Positions 46,721-57,517 of a stretch of DNA of 64,000 nucleotides are shown here, in pieces. Numbering within the stretch: the stretch's first letter is position 1; each line of letters opens with the position of its first letter. Both the position numbers and the translations under genes were made by a program. Source of the DNA: an uncultured Gammaproteobacteria bacterium (GTDB taxonomy: Bacteria > Patescibacteriota > Microgenomatia > UBA10105 > UBA927). The notes below the pieces were generated by a model. That model searched no databases. It was not told the DNA's origin and saw only the letters and a program-made list of their open reading frames with translations. The stretch spans positions 261,408 to 325,407 of the forward strand of contig CAYGFH010000001.1 of NCBI GenBank assembly GCA_964349125.1, read 5' to 3'.

Positions 46721-47911
46721 TTATTTTTTTGCAGGCTTTTGTGACATGCTTCTGATAATAAGCGCCACTCCTGATATAGCCACTACAAATAACAGAATTC
46801 CGATAATTGGGCGATAGAAAACCCACGCAATTCCGATGGTAACTGATGTTCCTATAAGCGTAAAAAGGCCTGAGATAAGGGTCACACCACTTCCGACAAT
46901 TCTCCCAACAAAAGGGACAACGGAAGCAATAACAGGCAACACACCAAACACCATTGACACACCTATAAACATAGCGAGAGCACCTGCACCGCGAATAATC
47001 CATGTCATCACCACATTTGATGAGATAGCTGTATCAAACATTTCTTTTGCCGTATGCTCGCCCAATTGAATCATACTTATTGTCCTGTTGTTTTTTGTTG
47101 GATACGAAACCAACGTATCGCCTGTCTGCTTGCTGATCACACTTAATCGCTGCGGAGCAATATACTCATACTTTATCCTGGTATCGCCAACAGACGGTTC
47201 AGCAGATGATAGCGTCTGATAATAAATCATATTCCCATCCAACTCCAATTTTTCCTGCGTGCTGTACGGGAGAGTGCTGAGCATCTCCTCTGTTATGGTA
47301 AACGGGGTATACCCTGAGAGTGATTCCAATAGCTCATTTGAAAGGATATACGATCCTACACTCACATTCTCGGCGAGCCATTCTTTGTTTTGGAAGCGTT
47401 TCTCCACGGGATTTTGATGTGCTTCTTTTTCCTTGAATGATGATGAGTCAATACGCGTATCGCTCCACTTTTTGCTGTAGGTATATTTCGTAGTAGTCTC
47501 TGTTCCTCCACCTAATTTTTCTCTGGTGGAGCTTTGAGTATCCTCGTCCCACTGATACATTTCCACAATTCTTTTTAACTTTAACGCATTTGTCCCAACG
47601 CCGAAATCGACGTCGGTGAGCGTGCTTGGAGTCTTTGCATCACCCGAAAAATGTATGAGCTTTCCTTCATGATCAGGCGTTTTGGTATCAGGGTTTACCG
47701 ACACAACCAATGAAGCGCCTTCACGTAGACTCTGATCCGTTTTGACTGCACGCCCTTCATTCCAAAAAAGAATAAAAATTGATCCGATAACAAGGATGAA
47801 ACCAAAAAATACATTTTTAACTGAGGCCCCTAATCGGGAAAACCATGATGTAGATGTCGTTATCGTTGTAGCCATATAACTATTATACGAATATTGTGAG
47901 ATGTATAGCAA
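46721..47911 (-). CDS. TMEM43-family membrane protein
   Basis: N-terminal transmembrane helix followed by a WNEGRAV motif and a C-terminal transmembrane cluster, as in bacterial TMEM43 (PF07787) proteins. Confidence 0.5.
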   Translation of the reverse strand: MLYISQYSYNSYMATTITTSTSWFSRLGASVKNVFFGFILVIGSIFILFWNEGRAVKTDQSLREGASLVVSVNPDTKTPDHEGKLIHFSGDAKTPSTLTDVDFGVGTNALKLKRIVEMYQWDEDTQSSTREKLGGGTETTTKYTYSKKWSDTRIDSSSFKEKEAHQNPVEKRFQNKEWLAENVSVGSYILSNELLESLSGYTPFTITEEMLSTLPYSTQEKLELDGNMIYYQTLSSAEPSVGDTRIKYEYIAPQRLSVISKQTGDTLVSYPTKNNRTISMIQLGEHTAKEMFDTAISSNVVMTWIIRGAGALAMFIGVSMVFGVLPVIASVVPFVGRIVGSGVTLISGLFTLIGTSVTIGIAWVFYRPIIGILLFVVAISGVALIIRSMSQKPAKK

Positions 47912-48019
47912 CTTACGTGACGCAGGTATTACAACTATTTTCTATCCCAGCTGAGACTCTTTCGAGATACCATATTCGTTTTTTGTGAATCACTTCACAA
48001 TATATGGTAGACTATCTGT

Positions 48020-48364
48020 ATGTTAGCTTTGGTCCTATTTATATTATTTGGACTACTATTTGGATATTTCGCGACTATTAATACCACACTCGCGTCCGTT
48101 CATTTCGGATCCGCATCCATAAACAGCGTTCCTATGTATGTGATAGTGTTGGCATCTTTTGCCATCGGCGTGCTGTTTGCAGCGATGTTCTATACCCTTC
48201 GGTCTATATCGGCAAAGCTCGCAGTCAACAAAAAAGAAAAAGAACTAGCAGATGCAAAAGAAGAAGCGGTACAGTTAACCAAAAAAATTCATATCCTTGA
48301 AATTGAGAACGCTAAATTACAGACGAAAAATGGAGAGTTGCCGCAAGATGATGATTCCCTATGA
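48020..48364 (+). CDS. LapA-domain (DUF1049) membrane protein
   Basis: Two N-terminal transmembrane helices plus a C-terminal coiled-coil tail. Overlaps the NUDIX gene start by 4 bp. Confidence 0.55.
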   Translation: MLALVLFILFGLLFGYFATINTTLASVHFGSASINSVPMYVIVLASFAIGVLFAAMFYTLRSISAKLAVNKKEKELADAKEEAVQLTKKIHILEIENAKLQTKNGELPQDDDSL

Positions 48365-48843
48365 TGTCGATACTCGCTCGATTATGGAAGGCCCTCAAAC
48401 TTCCAAAAGGTGTACAACTGAATCTCATGCGTATATTGCAGGATCAATTCCTGGTAGGTGTAACAGGCGTCATATTTAATGAACGTAATGAAGTACTTCT
48501 TTTTAAGCACACGTATAGACAGAGAAGCTGGGGATTCCCGGGAGGATATTTAAAAGCAAAAGAACACCCCAAAGAAGGTTTGGAACGAGAAGTGCATGAA
48601 GAATCAGGAATGGTCATAAGTGCTGATACCAGGTATAAGATACGCACAGACAGGGATACCGCCAGACTCGATATAGTATATATAGGTACATACATGGGAG
48701 GAGAATTCACTCCATCTGCTGAGGTGACTGAGGCGAAATTTTTTTCCTTTGATACGCTTCCGTTACTTCGAACTACCGACCTGTTATTACTGGAAAAAGT
48801 ACTGGCTCAAAGAAAACGGGAACAGCAAACCGCGGTACGATAA
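48361..48843 (+). CDS. NUDIX hydrolase
   Basis: Nudix box GGYLKAKEHPKEGLEREVHEESGM. Confidence 0.75.
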   Translation: MMSILARLWKALKLPKGVQLNLMRILQDQFLVGVTGVIFNERNEVLLFKHTYRQRSWGFPGGYLKAKEHPKEGLEREVHEESGMVISADTRYKIRTDRDTARLDIVYIGTYMGGEFTPSAEVTEAKFFSFDTLPLLRTTDLLLLEKVLAQRKREQQTAVR

Positions 48844-48851
48844 GGATACTA

Positions 48852-49187
48852 TCAGAACAGTTTCCCGCCAACAACAGCATCATCTAAATCCGGTCTGATA
48901 AGCACACACTCGTGAGTACTATCGGGAACCCCCAGTGTCAACACTTCACTGATAAATGGCCCTATCTGTCGTGGCGGGAAATTTACCACTCCCAATATTT
49001 TTTTCCCAATCAGCTGTTCTTTAGAATAGTATTTGACGAGCTGCGCGCTTGAATGTTTGATTCCTATCTCTGTGCCGAAATCTATTGTCAGTTTAAACGC
49101 AGGTTTTCGCGCCTCAGGAAAATCCTGAACATCAATAATTTTCCCTACACGGATATCCAAGATGTTAAAATCATCTATAGTTGCCAT
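48852..49187 (-). CDS. csaA: tRNA-binding protein (CsaA/EMAP-domain)
   Basis: ILDIRVGKIIDV...KLTIDFG...VNFPPRQIG matches the CsaA/Trbp111 OB-fold. Confidence 0.75.
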   Translation of the reverse strand: MATIDDFNILDIRVGKIIDVQDFPEARKPAFKLTIDFGTEIGIKHSSAQLVKYYSKEQLIGKKILGVVNFPPRQIGPFISEVLTLGVPDSTHECVLIRPDLDDAVVGGKLF

Positions 49188-49230
49188 ATTGGTTTCCTCT
49201 CAGGTGTCCAGTATATCATTGATCCAATTT

Positions 49231-50364
49231 TCACAGAGACATGGGATGTATACGGATAATCTTATCATCACGCTCTTTTTTTTGTCCTCGACCATCTGTA
49301 TTACTTGTCGTGATATAGAAATACCCATCCGGCCCTACTACGATGGTACGAATCCGTCCGAATTCACTTGTAAAGTGAGCAGAAAGATCCAGTTTTGTAT
49401 CTGAAACAATCTGTGCCTTATATATAGATTCCCCCCGAAGACCAGAAAAATATAGTGAACCGTTATACTGCGTCAATCCGGCCGGAGCCCACGTGTCTGA
49501 AGTGCCTGAATGAAGTATAGGCGCACTATATCCAGACTGTTTCTGATCTCCCTTCAGTATGGGCCAACCATAATTCCCGCCCTTTTGTATGAGATTGACT
49601 TCGTCGTATCCGGTTTGGAGTCCTGATGGGCCATGCTCGATTTGCCACAATCTTCCTGAAGAATCCCACGCTAATCCTTGCGGGTTTCTATGCCCCAGAG
49701 AGTACACTGCATTGCCAAATGGATTATCTTCAGGGATTGTACCATCATCTTTGATACGAAGAATTTTTCCGTTTAATGAGTTTTTGTCCTGCGCGCTTGT
49801 CGGATTTTCAGCATCTCCTGTCGTGATATATACATATCCGTCCGGACCGAATTGAATCCTTCCACCATCATGATTAGATGACCCCTTAATACCATCCAAT
49901 ATATTTTTTCTGTCGGTTAACGTTTCGCCACTCAACGTGTATCGCTCCACCCTATTGGCTATACCTGTATTATCCTGAGTTGTAGAGTACAGATAGACAT
50001 AGTTGTTTACTAAAAAATCAGGATGAAGAGCCATGCCTAACAGCCCCCCTTCTCCTATGTGTTTTACGCCCGAGATTTCTGCAATAAGCTTTGTTTGAGT
50101 TCCGATTTTCAATACCCTTCCAGATCGCTCTGTGACCAACAAATCACCAGAGGGCAAAAATGCGATATCCCACGGAATACGTAAATTTTCCGCAATGATA
50201 ACCGGGCCTATTGTGGCAGGTGTGATAGAGGCAATTTGCGGACTAATGCGCTGTTGAATCATTGCGCCCGGCCTCGGACGAAACAATAGATATGAGACAT
50301 CCCTCCTCCATACGAGTATGGCGACGAGAATACAAAGCACAACAACAATACCCACTCGATTCAT
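49231..50364 (-). CDS. PQQ-dependent sugar dehydrogenase (soluble glucose/sorbosone dehydrogenase family)
   Basis: N-terminal transmembrane/signal segment. Beta-propeller repeats with HDGGRI and NPQGLAWD motifs typical of SGDH. Confidence 0.75.
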   Translation of the reverse strand: MNRVGIVVVLCILVAILVWRRDVSYLLFRPRPGAMIQQRISPQIASITPATIGPVIIAENLRIPWDIAFLPSGDLLVTERSGRVLKIGTQTKLIAEISGVKHIGEGGLLGMALHPDFLVNNYVYLYSTTQDNTGIANRVERYTLSGETLTDRKNILDGIKGSSNHDGGRIQFGPDGYVYITTGDAENPTSAQDKNSLNGKILRIKDDGTIPEDNPFGNAVYSLGHRNPQGLAWDSSGRLWQIEHGPSGLQTGYDEVNLIQKGGNYGWPILKGDQKQSGYSAPILHSGTSDTWAPAGLTQYNGSLYFSGLRGESIYKAQIVSDTKLDLSAHFTSEFGRIRTIVVGPDGYFYITTSNTDGRGQKKERDDKIIRIHPMSL

Positions 50365-50455
50365 CTTTGTGAGAATATCACACTGTTATATGCATAACAA
50401 ACATTCGAATACACCTTGTGTACTATGTAGGTAACCGACTAAGATTGAAATAGCT

Positions 50456-51439
50456 ATGATTTCTCAAAATGCATTGTTATCTCGGGTACAGTTGCATATG
50501 CCTCTCATGCAATTGGCAAATAGAATCGCTGAAACGTTCAGATTAGGAAGTGTCCTGTCATTTGAATTATTACCGGTCGGGTACGAAGAAGTAAATGCCC
50601 TTTTAACCACATCAACAGGCAAATACATTGTAAAAATATTCTCGAAAGACAAAAGTCTCAAGGCCATCCAATCAAATGTCAGAGCACTCATGGCATATAG
50701 TGCAGGCGGCATTCCGGTTCCGAAACTTTTTCCATTCGCACATAATTCGTATCTCTATAAAATCCCCGAAGAAGCTGATACCTACCTTGTGGTTATGGAG
50801 TATTTTGACGGAAAAAGATTTACTGATATTTCCCCCACAGTCAAAGATAAGAGGCTGATAGTGGATATCATGGCAAATATACATGAGTTACGATTTCAAA
50901 CAAGCACACAGTACGACGCATGGCTCACCATAAACCTGCAAAAAGAATTCGCTGAAAAATCAACATATCTCACAGATAAACAATTGCAGGTAATTAAACC
51001 TGTTGTCGATCGGTTTTCTCAGATTCAATTTGATGAATTTCAAAAGACCACCACGCACCTGGATCTCCATCGAGAGAATGTGATGAAAGACGCGGCAGGA
51101 CGGTATTGTATATTGGATCTGGCCAGCACCGACCTCAACTATACGGTTATTGATATCGCTACCTATTTCGCACTATTTTGCACTGAGTTTACCCAAAATG
51201 CCCGGGAGAATATATATATGTATAGAGAACTGCTCGCACGATATACAAAACAAAGAACGCTTTCCCCATATGAGAGCGCGCAATTGATGACACTTATTCA
51301 GGCTACATTTGCATCTAATCTGTTGATCCCGGCGTATCTGATTGCTTCCGGAACCGATGAGAACCCTGCGCAAACTCTGTATTATCGATCAATGGGTGAA
51401 CAGGGATTGGAGTTATTCAAAGATATCCGAACAATGTAA
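50456..51439 (+). CDS. phosphotransferase-family kinase (APH / homoserine kinase II-like)
   Basis: Catalytic HLDLHRENVM (HxDxxxxN) and a downstream ILDLAS (D[FL]A/E-like) motif. Confidence 0.65.
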   Translation: MISQNALLSRVQLHMPLMQLANRIAETFRLGSVLSFELLPVGYEEVNALLTTSTGKYIVKIFSKDKSLKAIQSNVRALMAYSAGGIPVPKLFPFAHNSYLYKIPEEADTYLVVMEYFDGKRFTDISPTVKDKRLIVDIMANIHELRFQTSTQYDAWLTINLQKEFAEKSTYLTDKQLQVIKPVVDRFSQIQFDEFQKTTTHLDLHRENVMKDAAGRYCILDLASTDLNYTVIDIATYFALFCTEFTQNARENIYMYRELLARYTKQRTLSPYESAQLMTLIQATFASNLLIPAYLIASGTDENPAQTLYYRSMGEQGLELFKDIRTM

Positions 51440-51456
51440 ATGGATAGATGGGTCCG

Positions 51457-51996
51457 TCACGTTGTGTCCATGATTTCAAGTATCATGCGTGTGGTTTTAA
51501 AGTTACGCATCGTGACATCTTTATAGGTTTTTTTTCCGATAAACTTTGAGAATTTACTCTTTGTAAGACCATCCATTTTTGTCGACATATATAATACGCC
51601 GGGACCTGAGTGTAAAAAATCTATGTCATCGTGTATCTCAACCTGAGAAGCGACCTCCTCTACTGTGACAGGCTCCCGAACAAAAGTAATATAACACCTC
51701 AAATCATTTTCTTTCACCCACGTGCTCGGGACTCCTGACAGAATGGTACGCATTTCTTTGTGAGACCTGATTACGACCTTGGAAGAATACGAAAAGGCTT
51801 TTGAGAGCACTGTCTCAAGATGCTCCACGATTTTGGCTTTATCCTGTAGGCCTGAATTAAAGATAACATTTCCCGACTGTATAAAGGTTATAACTCCCGT
51901 ATATCCAGCTCTTTCGAACACAGCCTTAAGATCTGCCATCTTTATGATATTATTCCCGCCAACATTTATCCCTCTCAGGAGTGCTACATATTTCAT
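51457..51996 (-). CDS. DUF1697 domain protein
   Basis: LLRGINVGG hallmark near the N-terminus. Confidence 0.7.
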   Translation of the reverse strand: MKYVALLRGINVGGNNIIKMADLKAVFERAGYTGVITFIQSGNVIFNSGLQDKAKIVEHLETVLSKAFSYSSKVVIRSHKEMRTILSGVPSTWVKENDLRCYITFVREPVTVEEVASQVEIHDDIDFLHSGPGVLYMSTKMDGLTKSKFSKFIGKKTYKDVTMRNFKTTRMILEIMDTT

Positions 51997-52166
51997 ATTC
52001 GTATTCTACCCTATATCACGATGCAGTATATACATATGCAGAACAATTCACTCTCCACATGTTTTGAACTTCTAAAAGCATAGATTATGTCAGCATGCAA
52101 ACGTCTGAATGAATTTGAAATTTTTTATAAATAGTAATACTACTATCATTGATATAAAATAATCTA

Positions 52167-52979
52167 ATGATTTTAATTTATATACTACTAGCTGTTGTAT
52201 TAATACCATGGCTCTATGGTTTTTATATTTCCAACGATCTCTCGGTTAAAAACGGAGATCTGACGAAATACAAAAACATGCTCGTCGTTTATCCGCATCC
52301 TGATGATGAAACACTTGCTTCTGGAGGGATAATCAGAAATTTTTCCGATCTGCAACGTGATGTGACACTCATCGTTCTGACCCGAGGAGAAAAAGGAAAT
52401 GATGATGCGCATTTGGACAACTCCCTTAAAAAAATCCGAGAACAGGAGCTTCAAAGTGCTGCACAAACACTGGGAGTTAAAAAAATCATATTGGAAGATT
52501 TTGGTGACGGTGAACTGTCAAAAAATAAGAAAGAAGTACAGGCATATCTGCAAAAACAAATCGTAGACATCAAGCCGGATCTGATTCTCACCTATGACCT
52601 TGCCGGTCTGTATGGTCATGCTGATCATATAGTAACTTCGGAGATTTTGACCGATCTGGTTATCAAAAAATACCCGCATATTGCGCTTATCTATGCCGCG
52701 CTGCCCAAAAAAACTCTCTCCATGATTACGCTTCCTGAACATATGGCCAAAGATCCCGCTTACGCGAAACGCCGGGTAACACCAACCATGAAAATTTGGA
52801 TTGGAACAAATATATATTACCGAATTCGTGCGCTGTACCGGTATAGGAGTCAACTGTACTCGTTTCGTAAATCATTTCCAATACCGTGGATACCGCTCTG
52901 GTACTACTACTCCATGCAGGTCTTTGAGTACTACCACAACGCACATGAGCCATCCCATACGCCATACATGGTACAATAG
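52167..52979 (+). CDS. PIG-L/LmbE-family N-acetylglucosaminyl deacetylase
   Basis: VVYPHPDDETLASGG zinc-binding motif and HADH. Confidence 0.7.
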   Translation: MILIYILLAVVLIPWLYGFYISNDLSVKNGDLTKYKNMLVVYPHPDDETLASGGIIRNFSDLQRDVTLIVLTRGEKGNDDAHLDNSLKKIREQELQSAAQTLGVKKIILEDFGDGELSKNKKEVQAYLQKQIVDIKPDLILTYDLAGLYGHADHIVTSEILTDLVIKKYPHIALIYAALPKKTLSMITLPEHMAKDPAYAKRRVTPTMKIWIGTNIYYRIRALYRYRSQLYSFRKSFPIPWIPLWYYYSMQVFEYYHNAHEPSHTPYMVQ

Positions 52980-52984
52980 AAGCT

Positions 52985-53953
52985 ATGTTAGTGGATAATA
53001 TCAAGCTTACAGTCAAAGCAGGCAAAGGTGGCAATGGGTCTGCGCACCTTCTGCGCAATGGTCAAACCGCCAAGGGTGGACCTGACGGTGGTCACGGTGG
53101 TAACGGCGGAGACGTGTATGTGTGCGGCTCACACAATCTAACGGATTTGGCTGATTTCCGATTTAATAAAGTGATAGAAGCTGAAGATGGCACGGATGGT
53201 GCAGGACAAAAAATGTTCGGCAGAAACGGTGAAGACATCACATTTTACCTTCCATTGGGAACCAGAATTACCGATGAGGACACAGGAAAAACGCTTGAAA
53301 TTGTGGACGAAACGACACACATTAAAATCGCTCAGGGAGGAACAGGCGGACAGGGAAATATCGCATTCAAATCCCCGACCAATCAGACACCCCGATACGC
53401 TGAACCAGGAAAGCCGGGAGACGAACGCCATTTATTTCTCGAGCTTCGACTCATAGCACAGATTGGCCTTATAGGCCTGCCAAATGCCGGTAAAAGCAGT
53501 TTGCTCTCAGTTCTCACCAATGCACGACCCGCCATAGGAGCATACCCGTTTACCACACTGGAGCCGAATATCGGAATGTTTGATACACACGCGATTGCAG
53601 ATATCCCGGGACTGATACAAGGCGCCTCCGAAGGCCGTGGTTTGGGCATCAATTTCCTCAAACATATAGAGAAAACAAAGATCCTGATTCACTGCATAGA
53701 TGCATCCACTACTACACCAAAAAAAATATACGATACGATCCGCAAGGAGCTTGCGAAATTTGATGCAAATCTTCTGACAAAGCCTGAATATATCCTTTTG
53801 ACAAAAATTGATTTGGTGGAAGAGAAAGCATATAAGAAGATAAGGGTGTTTTTCGAAAAGCTGGGACACAAAGTATTTGTTTCCTCCATATATAATCAGG
53901 AAAGTGTTGATTCCCTAAAAAACACCCTGAAACAACTGCTGGGCAGTACATAA
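52985..53953 (+). CDS. obg: GTPase Obg
   Basis: Gly-rich Obg fold (GGNGGDV), G1 (GLPNAGKSS), G3 (DIPG) and G4 (TKID). Confidence 0.85.
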   Translation: MLVDNIKLTVKAGKGGNGSAHLLRNGQTAKGGPDGGHGGNGGDVYVCGSHNLTDLADFRFNKVIEAEDGTDGAGQKMFGRNGEDITFYLPLGTRITDEDTGKTLEIVDETTHIKIAQGGTGGQGNIAFKSPTNQTPRYAEPGKPGDERHLFLELRLIAQIGLIGLPNAGKSSLLSVLTNARPAIGAYPFTTLEPNIGMFDTHAIADIPGLIQGASEGRGLGINFLKHIEKTKILIHCIDASTTTPKKIYDTIRKELAKFDANLLTKPEYILLTKIDLVEEKAYKKIRVFFEKLGHKVFVSSIYNQESVDSLKNTLKQLLGST

Positions 53954-53978
53954 CGCTTCTGTAATACAGATTTTCCGT

Positions 53979-55064
53979 ATGCTCAATTATTATCAACCGT
54001 TTCTATTGCCGTTTCTCCGTCTTACCCAATACAGCATGCCGCACGGTATCAAAAGAAGATATTTTATTTCATTCGAGGATGCTCTGTGGAATGTATTTGC
54101 CTCTCGGAAATTTCCTAAAGGAGCGGTCATACTCATGCCGGATTTTTATTGCATGGACGTAGTCGAAAACATCCGCGCGCACGGGTATACCCCTATCCTC
54201 TATCCCGTCGACAAGCATTTCCAGATACAAAAGAACTCACTCGAACGATTTCGAAAGAAATATACTCCCCACGCCATGGTATTTTTTCATGCATGTGGAA
54301 TCAGAAACACACTGCTCTCTGATCGATCATATATACGGAGTATTTCAAAAAAGATGCTGATTATAGAGGATGCAGTTCACATGCTTCTAAATCCTGAGGA
54401 AATCGACCTTGTAAGTGACACTCATATAGTGGTGGATAGTCTCCGAAAGACAAGTCCCCTTCCCGGCAGTTTTCTTTACGGAACTCCCAAAGCCATCGAC
54501 AGTGTCAAGTCACCGTATACACATGAGTATGTGTATCTGTGCTACACATTTGTCCTATTTATGCTTTTTCGTTTTGTCTTTGTAGCCGGCATACTCTCCC
54601 GATCAGATCTTCTCATCAGATTCGCGCACACAAAGATACTGAAAAAACATGATGATGTCATTGGAGATAGCCGTGCGGGACACGAGGGGATTTGGTTCAT
54701 ACCTTTCATCCATTCGTTTATACATTTTCAAAAAATCGAACAGATTAAAAGAAATCAGGCAGAACGATACACACACACACTGCAAAAACCATATGGTACG
54801 AACGATAATCGCTACACAATTCGGATCCCTGAGAAGGATTTTGGTTCGCTTCATGTGTACCCTGTGGGATATAGGATTTCACAGTCAGTATCCCACGACA
54901 CTATTAACTCCGTGTTTGAAAAACGCGAGTTCCCGATCTGGACAAAATTTCCCGATTGCCCATGGAGTAAAAGATATGCAGTTGTATTTCTCCCCCTTGG
55001 CTTCCATGTGGAGTATAATGAGATTGATATTGTTTGCCGATTAATTAACAGCTGTAGACCATGA
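53979..55064 (+). CDS. hypothetical protein (weak DegT/DnrJ-aminotransferase-like central region)
   Basis: 361-aa ORF with a real ATG start. The central HAMVFFHACGIRN...MLIIEDAVHML resembles the DegT family PLP-region pattern, but the remainder does not. Confidence 0.35.
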   Translation: MLNYYQPFLLPFLRLTQYSMPHGIKRRYFISFEDALWNVFASRKFPKGAVILMPDFYCMDVVENIRAHGYTPILYPVDKHFQIQKNSLERFRKKYTPHAMVFFHACGIRNTLLSDRSYIRSISKKMLIIEDAVHMLLNPEEIDLVSDTHIVVDSLRKTSPLPGSFLYGTPKAIDSVKSPYTHEYVYLCYTFVLFMLFRFVFVAGILSRSDLLIRFAHTKILKKHDDVIGDSRAGHEGIWFIPFIHSFIHFQKIEQIKRNQAERYTHTLQKPYGTNDNRYTIRIPEKDFGSLHVYPVGYRISQSVSHDTINSVFEKREFPIWTKFPDCPWSKRYAVVFLPLGFHVEYNEIDIVCRLINSCRP

Positions 55065-55540
55065 TGAAAAAAATATTCAGAAAAAAAGAAGCACGCATTC
55101 CATTTACGAAGGATGGGTACGAGCAGATACTTCTTGAGAAAGCGAAATTACTCTCCGAACGACCGGAGGCAGTGGAGCATTTACGCAAAGCCCGGGAAAT
55201 GGGTGACCTCAGTGAAAACGGGTACTATAAAGCATCCAGACAACGCCTGACATTTTTGGATGGCCGCATCCGCAGAGTCGAGCGGTTGGTAAAACTGGCT
55301 AAAATCGTGGAATCATCTAATACCGGATTTGTTGACATCGGAAGTACCGTGACAATTCAGGGTGAGGGAGCAACGTACACATACAATATTGTCGGCGGGT
55401 ACGAATCAGATCCGACAAAAAAAACAATTTCACACATATCCCCACTGGGGAAAGCACTTATGGGGAAAAAGAAAGATGATACCGCAGTTATGCATGCGCC
55501 GGCCGGCATAAAAACATACCTCATACTCGATGTTTCATAA
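55061..55540 (+). CDS. greA: transcription elongation factor GreA
   Basis: N-terminal coiled coil (GYEQILLEKAKLLSE...GDLSENGYYKASRQ) and a C-terminal FKBP-like domain. Confidence 0.8.
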   Translation: MMKKIFRKKEARIPFTKDGYEQILLEKAKLLSERPEAVEHLRKAREMGDLSENGYYKASRQRLTFLDGRIRRVERLVKLAKIVESSNTGFVDIGSTVTIQGEGATYTYNIVGGYESDPTKKTISHISPLGKALMGKKKDDTAVMHAPAGIKTYLILDVS

Positions 55541-56559
55541 TGGATACCCGCAAACGACATGAGCATATCGATGCCGTAAAAGCTATTGCAACACTTATTG
55601 TCATGATCACGCATGTACTTGCGTATCATTTAGGGAATGCGTCGACATGGTTTTTATGGAATTATTCGCATTTTGTGGTTGTCGGCCTTGTGTTTTGTTC
55701 CTCTTACCTGTTTGCTCAGACGCATCCAATCGGTCCATATAGAATATCGTTTGAGCACATAAAAAAGAGATTTCTCCGACTGTACACACCATATCTTATA
55801 TATATTTGTATTCACGCAGTACTTATGAATATGTTTCCAAACCTGTTTTTGGGATATGGCTGGAAAAAGACATGGGAATTTTTTGTTTTAACTATCACTC
55901 TCGCCGGTGGTGTGGATTTCGGATGGCTTACTGTATTATTTATCCAGATAGCGTTACTTTCTCCGTTTATACTGTTTATCACTCGACACAAAACACTTCG
56001 GACTGTGTACGCGGGAGGTATGATCCTGTTTATTATCATAACGACCTTCCTCAGGATACCTGTGTCGTATTCCAGACTAATTGCTTGGCTGCCTTGGTCA
56101 AGTATCGTTTTTCTTGCGTTTAGGTATGCTGATTGGGAGAAAGAATCGCCAAAACGCATGAGAAACATAACAGTAGCGCTGACCATCGCAAGCGGCACTG
56201 TATGGCTGTGCTTTCACATGATCCTGCTATGGATGAATCTGCCGTATGCATTTAGTAGTCATAAGTACCCACCTGATATTTCATACCTCTCATATGGAGT
56301 CGCATTCACAGGACTACTGCTTTTAATTCTGGCAAAATTTCAACCCCTCCCTCCATGGATTTCCCATCAGATCACATACATAAGTAAACAATCATATCAA
56401 CTCTTTTTTATCCATTTTATTTACCTCGATTTGATCATGACACGCTTCAGGTCTCATTGGATTCTGGAATGTATAACTGTTATAACACTTACTCTGAGCA
56501 CCTCACTGGTAATTCGACTGGTCACATCACGATTGTCCAAGGTGCAACATCCCCTCTGA
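55540..56559 (+). CDS. acyltransferase-3 family membrane protein
   Basis: 339 aa with about 10 transmembrane helices and an N-terminal IDAVKAIATLIVMITH pattern. Confidence 0.6.
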   Translation: MDTRKRHEHIDAVKAIATLIVMITHVLAYHLGNASTWFLWNYSHFVVVGLVFCSSYLFAQTHPIGPYRISFEHIKKRFLRLYTPYLIYICIHAVLMNMFPNLFLGYGWKKTWEFFVLTITLAGGVDFGWLTVLFIQIALLSPFILFITRHKTLRTVYAGGMILFIIITTFLRIPVSYSRLIAWLPWSSIVFLAFRYADWEKESPKRMRNITVALTIASGTVWLCFHMILLWMNLPYAFSSHKYPPDISYLSYGVAFTGLLLLILAKFQPLPPWISHQITYISKQSYQLFFIHFIYLDLIMTRFRSHWILECITVITLTLSTSLVIRLVTSRLSKVQHPL

Positions 56560-57402
56560 TGATCGTTCAATCAGGCGTTCCCTGATCAGTGCCGCTATTT
56601 GAGAAGAAATAAATAATTCAGGTTTACCATACATCAACAGGAAAGATGCAATAAGGTCTCTCTCTTTTCGTGGAGAATCACGTAGTGCATCAATAATCCT
56701 GCCTCGAATGAATCGTGGCGTGTCTTTAAAGACAACAGTTGTTTTTTCCCTCGATGTGTTGTGTATTTTTTTTCGTATCACAGTCGGCATAACGAGTGAT
56801 CCGTAATCCATAAGCGCCTGGTGCCATTCCCACGATTTTCCGACGGGAAGCAATTCATCAGCCATTTCCTGAATACTGTTGGGTGATTGCGGAATGTCGT
56901 CAAAAAAATAATGTACGAATATCTGACGAATGTTTGTATCTACCATCGCCACATCCCGTTTCCAAGCAAATACCTGGATTGCCCGAGCTGTATACAGTCC
57001 GATACCGGGAAGATCCAGTAAATCAGATTCAGTGCGTGGAAATTCTCCCCGGAATTTGATTGCAATTGTTTGTGCGGTCTGTTGAAGGTACTTCGCCCGA
57101 CGGTTATACCCCATCCCTTTCCATACGCGCAGAATTGTGGCAAGCGGACTTTGGGCAAGCGCAGTAACGGTCGGGAACTCCCGTATAAATTCCGAATATT
57201 TGGGTAACACCCGGGATACCTGGGTTTGCTGGAGCATAACCTCTGAAATGAGTATGTGGTATGGGTTATGTGTATGCCTCCACGGAAGATCTCTTTTATG
57301 TGTTTTCCACCAGGAAAAAATCTTTCTATGGAACGCTTTTTTTTTAATAGATGAACACTTCATGGGACGAATTCTATCACTCTGATTTCTCATGATATTC
57401 AA
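56527..57402 (-). CDS. HhH-GPD DNA glycosylase (MutY/Nth family), apparently lacking the 4Fe-4S Cys cluster
   Basis: Helix-hairpin-helix (LLDLPGIGLYTARAI) and a catalytic Asp (VDTNIRQIF). No Cx6Cx2Cx5C in the C-terminus. Confidence 0.7.
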   Translation of the reverse strand: MNIMRNQSDRIRPMKCSSIKKKAFHRKIFSWWKTHKRDLPWRHTHNPYHILISEVMLQQTQVSRVLPKYSEFIREFPTVTALAQSPLATILRVWKGMGYNRRAKYLQQTAQTIAIKFRGEFPRTESDLLDLPGIGLYTARAIQVFAWKRDVAMVDTNIRQIFVHYFFDDIPQSPNSIQEMADELLPVGKSWEWHQALMDYGSLVMPTVIRKKIHNTSREKTTVVFKDTPRFIRGRIIDALRDSPRKERDLIASFLLMYGKPELFISSQIAALIRERLIERSSEGMLHLGQS

Positions 57403-57517
57403 ATAGGCATTTGATTATTTTTGAACTGTATACCCCTCTCTGCTTCAAATCGCATGAAGTAACTGATTTTTGGTGATCATCCGGATGGCACTATATCAGA
57501 CTTCTGTTGCCAAAATA

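Noticed and set aside
53138-53889. Several minus-strand ORFs (97, 92, 120 and 66 aa) inside obg
   Set aside because: Antisense to the obg gene with canonical G motifs. These are shadow ORFs.
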